A model generated the notes under the pieces. That model ran no database searches and had not been told where the DNA came from. It saw only the letters and a list, made by a program, of their open reading frames with translations. This document shows, piece by piece, positions 14,975 through 15,158 of a DNA stretch of 15,158 bases. A program made the translations under genes and the position numbers. Numbering within the stretch: the first letter of the stretch is position 1; every line of letters begins with the position of its first letter. This DNA is from an uncultured bacterium (GTDB lineage: Bacteria; Fidelibacterota; Marinisomatia; Marinisomatales; UBA1611), in NCBI GenBank assembly GCA_965660855.1, contig CBFIBM010000016.1, positions 948 through 16,105 of the forward strand, read 5' to 3'.

Positions 14975-15158
14975 CAATCTTTAACCATTTTTTTTACTTT
15001 AGTTTTTGAAATTTTCAACTTTTGATTTATTTTTTGATTTTCCTTTAAGGCGTTCAAAATTGCCTCAGCTTGTAATCTCATTTCTTGATTTTGTTCTTCT
15101 TGATTTTGTTCTTCTTGATTTTGTTCTTCTTGATTTTGTTCTTCTTGATTTTGTTCTT
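14971..15158 (-). CDS. BatC-like protein, C-terminal part; runs off the right edge of the window
   Basis: Not in the ORF track. Manual translation gives (EQNQE)x5-MRLQAEAILNALKENQKINQKLKISKTKVKKMVKDW*. A Q/E/N-rich linker, an AExxLxAL helix and a terminal KDW directly upstream of batD are typical of BatC-like or BatB-TPR proteins. Confidence 0.8.
   Translation of the reverse strand, partial: EQNQEEQNQEEQNQEEQNQEEQNQEMRLQAEAILNALKENQKINQKLKISKTKVKKMVKDW
15082..15158. repeat. Perfect 15-bp tandem repeat (TTCTTGATTTTGTTC), at least 5 copies, encoding EQNQE on the minus strand
   Basis: Identical copies at 15082, 15097, 15112, 15127 and 15142 plus a 2-nt partial copy, truncated by the window end. 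Confidence 0.97.

Noticed and set aside
15082..15158. Terminal repeat considered as a CRISPR array, iterons or a telomere-like end
   Set aside because: There are no spacers, the unit is a multiple of 3, and it sits in frame within a coding linker. No cas or rep gene is nearby.

Overview
This is a very AT-rich, tightly packed bacterial core-genome segment with every supported gene on the minus strand. In transcription order (right to left) it holds: the 3' end of a Bat cluster (partial batC-like gene with a perfect 15-bp tandem repeat, batD, batE), a SPOR-domain protein, yebC-ruvC-ruvA (no ruvB), gcvT, ftsK, a lolA-like gene, a UPF0104 flippase-like membrane protein, a gmhB-like HAD phosphatase, ddl, cysS, tRNA-Thr(TGT)-Tyr(GTA)-Gly(TCC)-Thr(GGT), tuf, rpsJ and the start of rplC. 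Gene content and AT bias suggest a streamlined FCB-superphylum organism such as Marinimicrobia; this is inference only. I found no mobile element, CRISPR array, defence system or clearly novel gene system. The most notable feature is a chimeric tuf context: the tufB-type tRNA cluster lies upstream and the tufA-type rpsJ/S10 cluster lies downstream. Smaller oddities are a GmhB lacking its zinc-binding motif, face-to-face promoter-like motifs between gcvT and ftsK, an in-frame EQNQE repeat, the missing ruvB, and tRNA genes without an encoded CCA.
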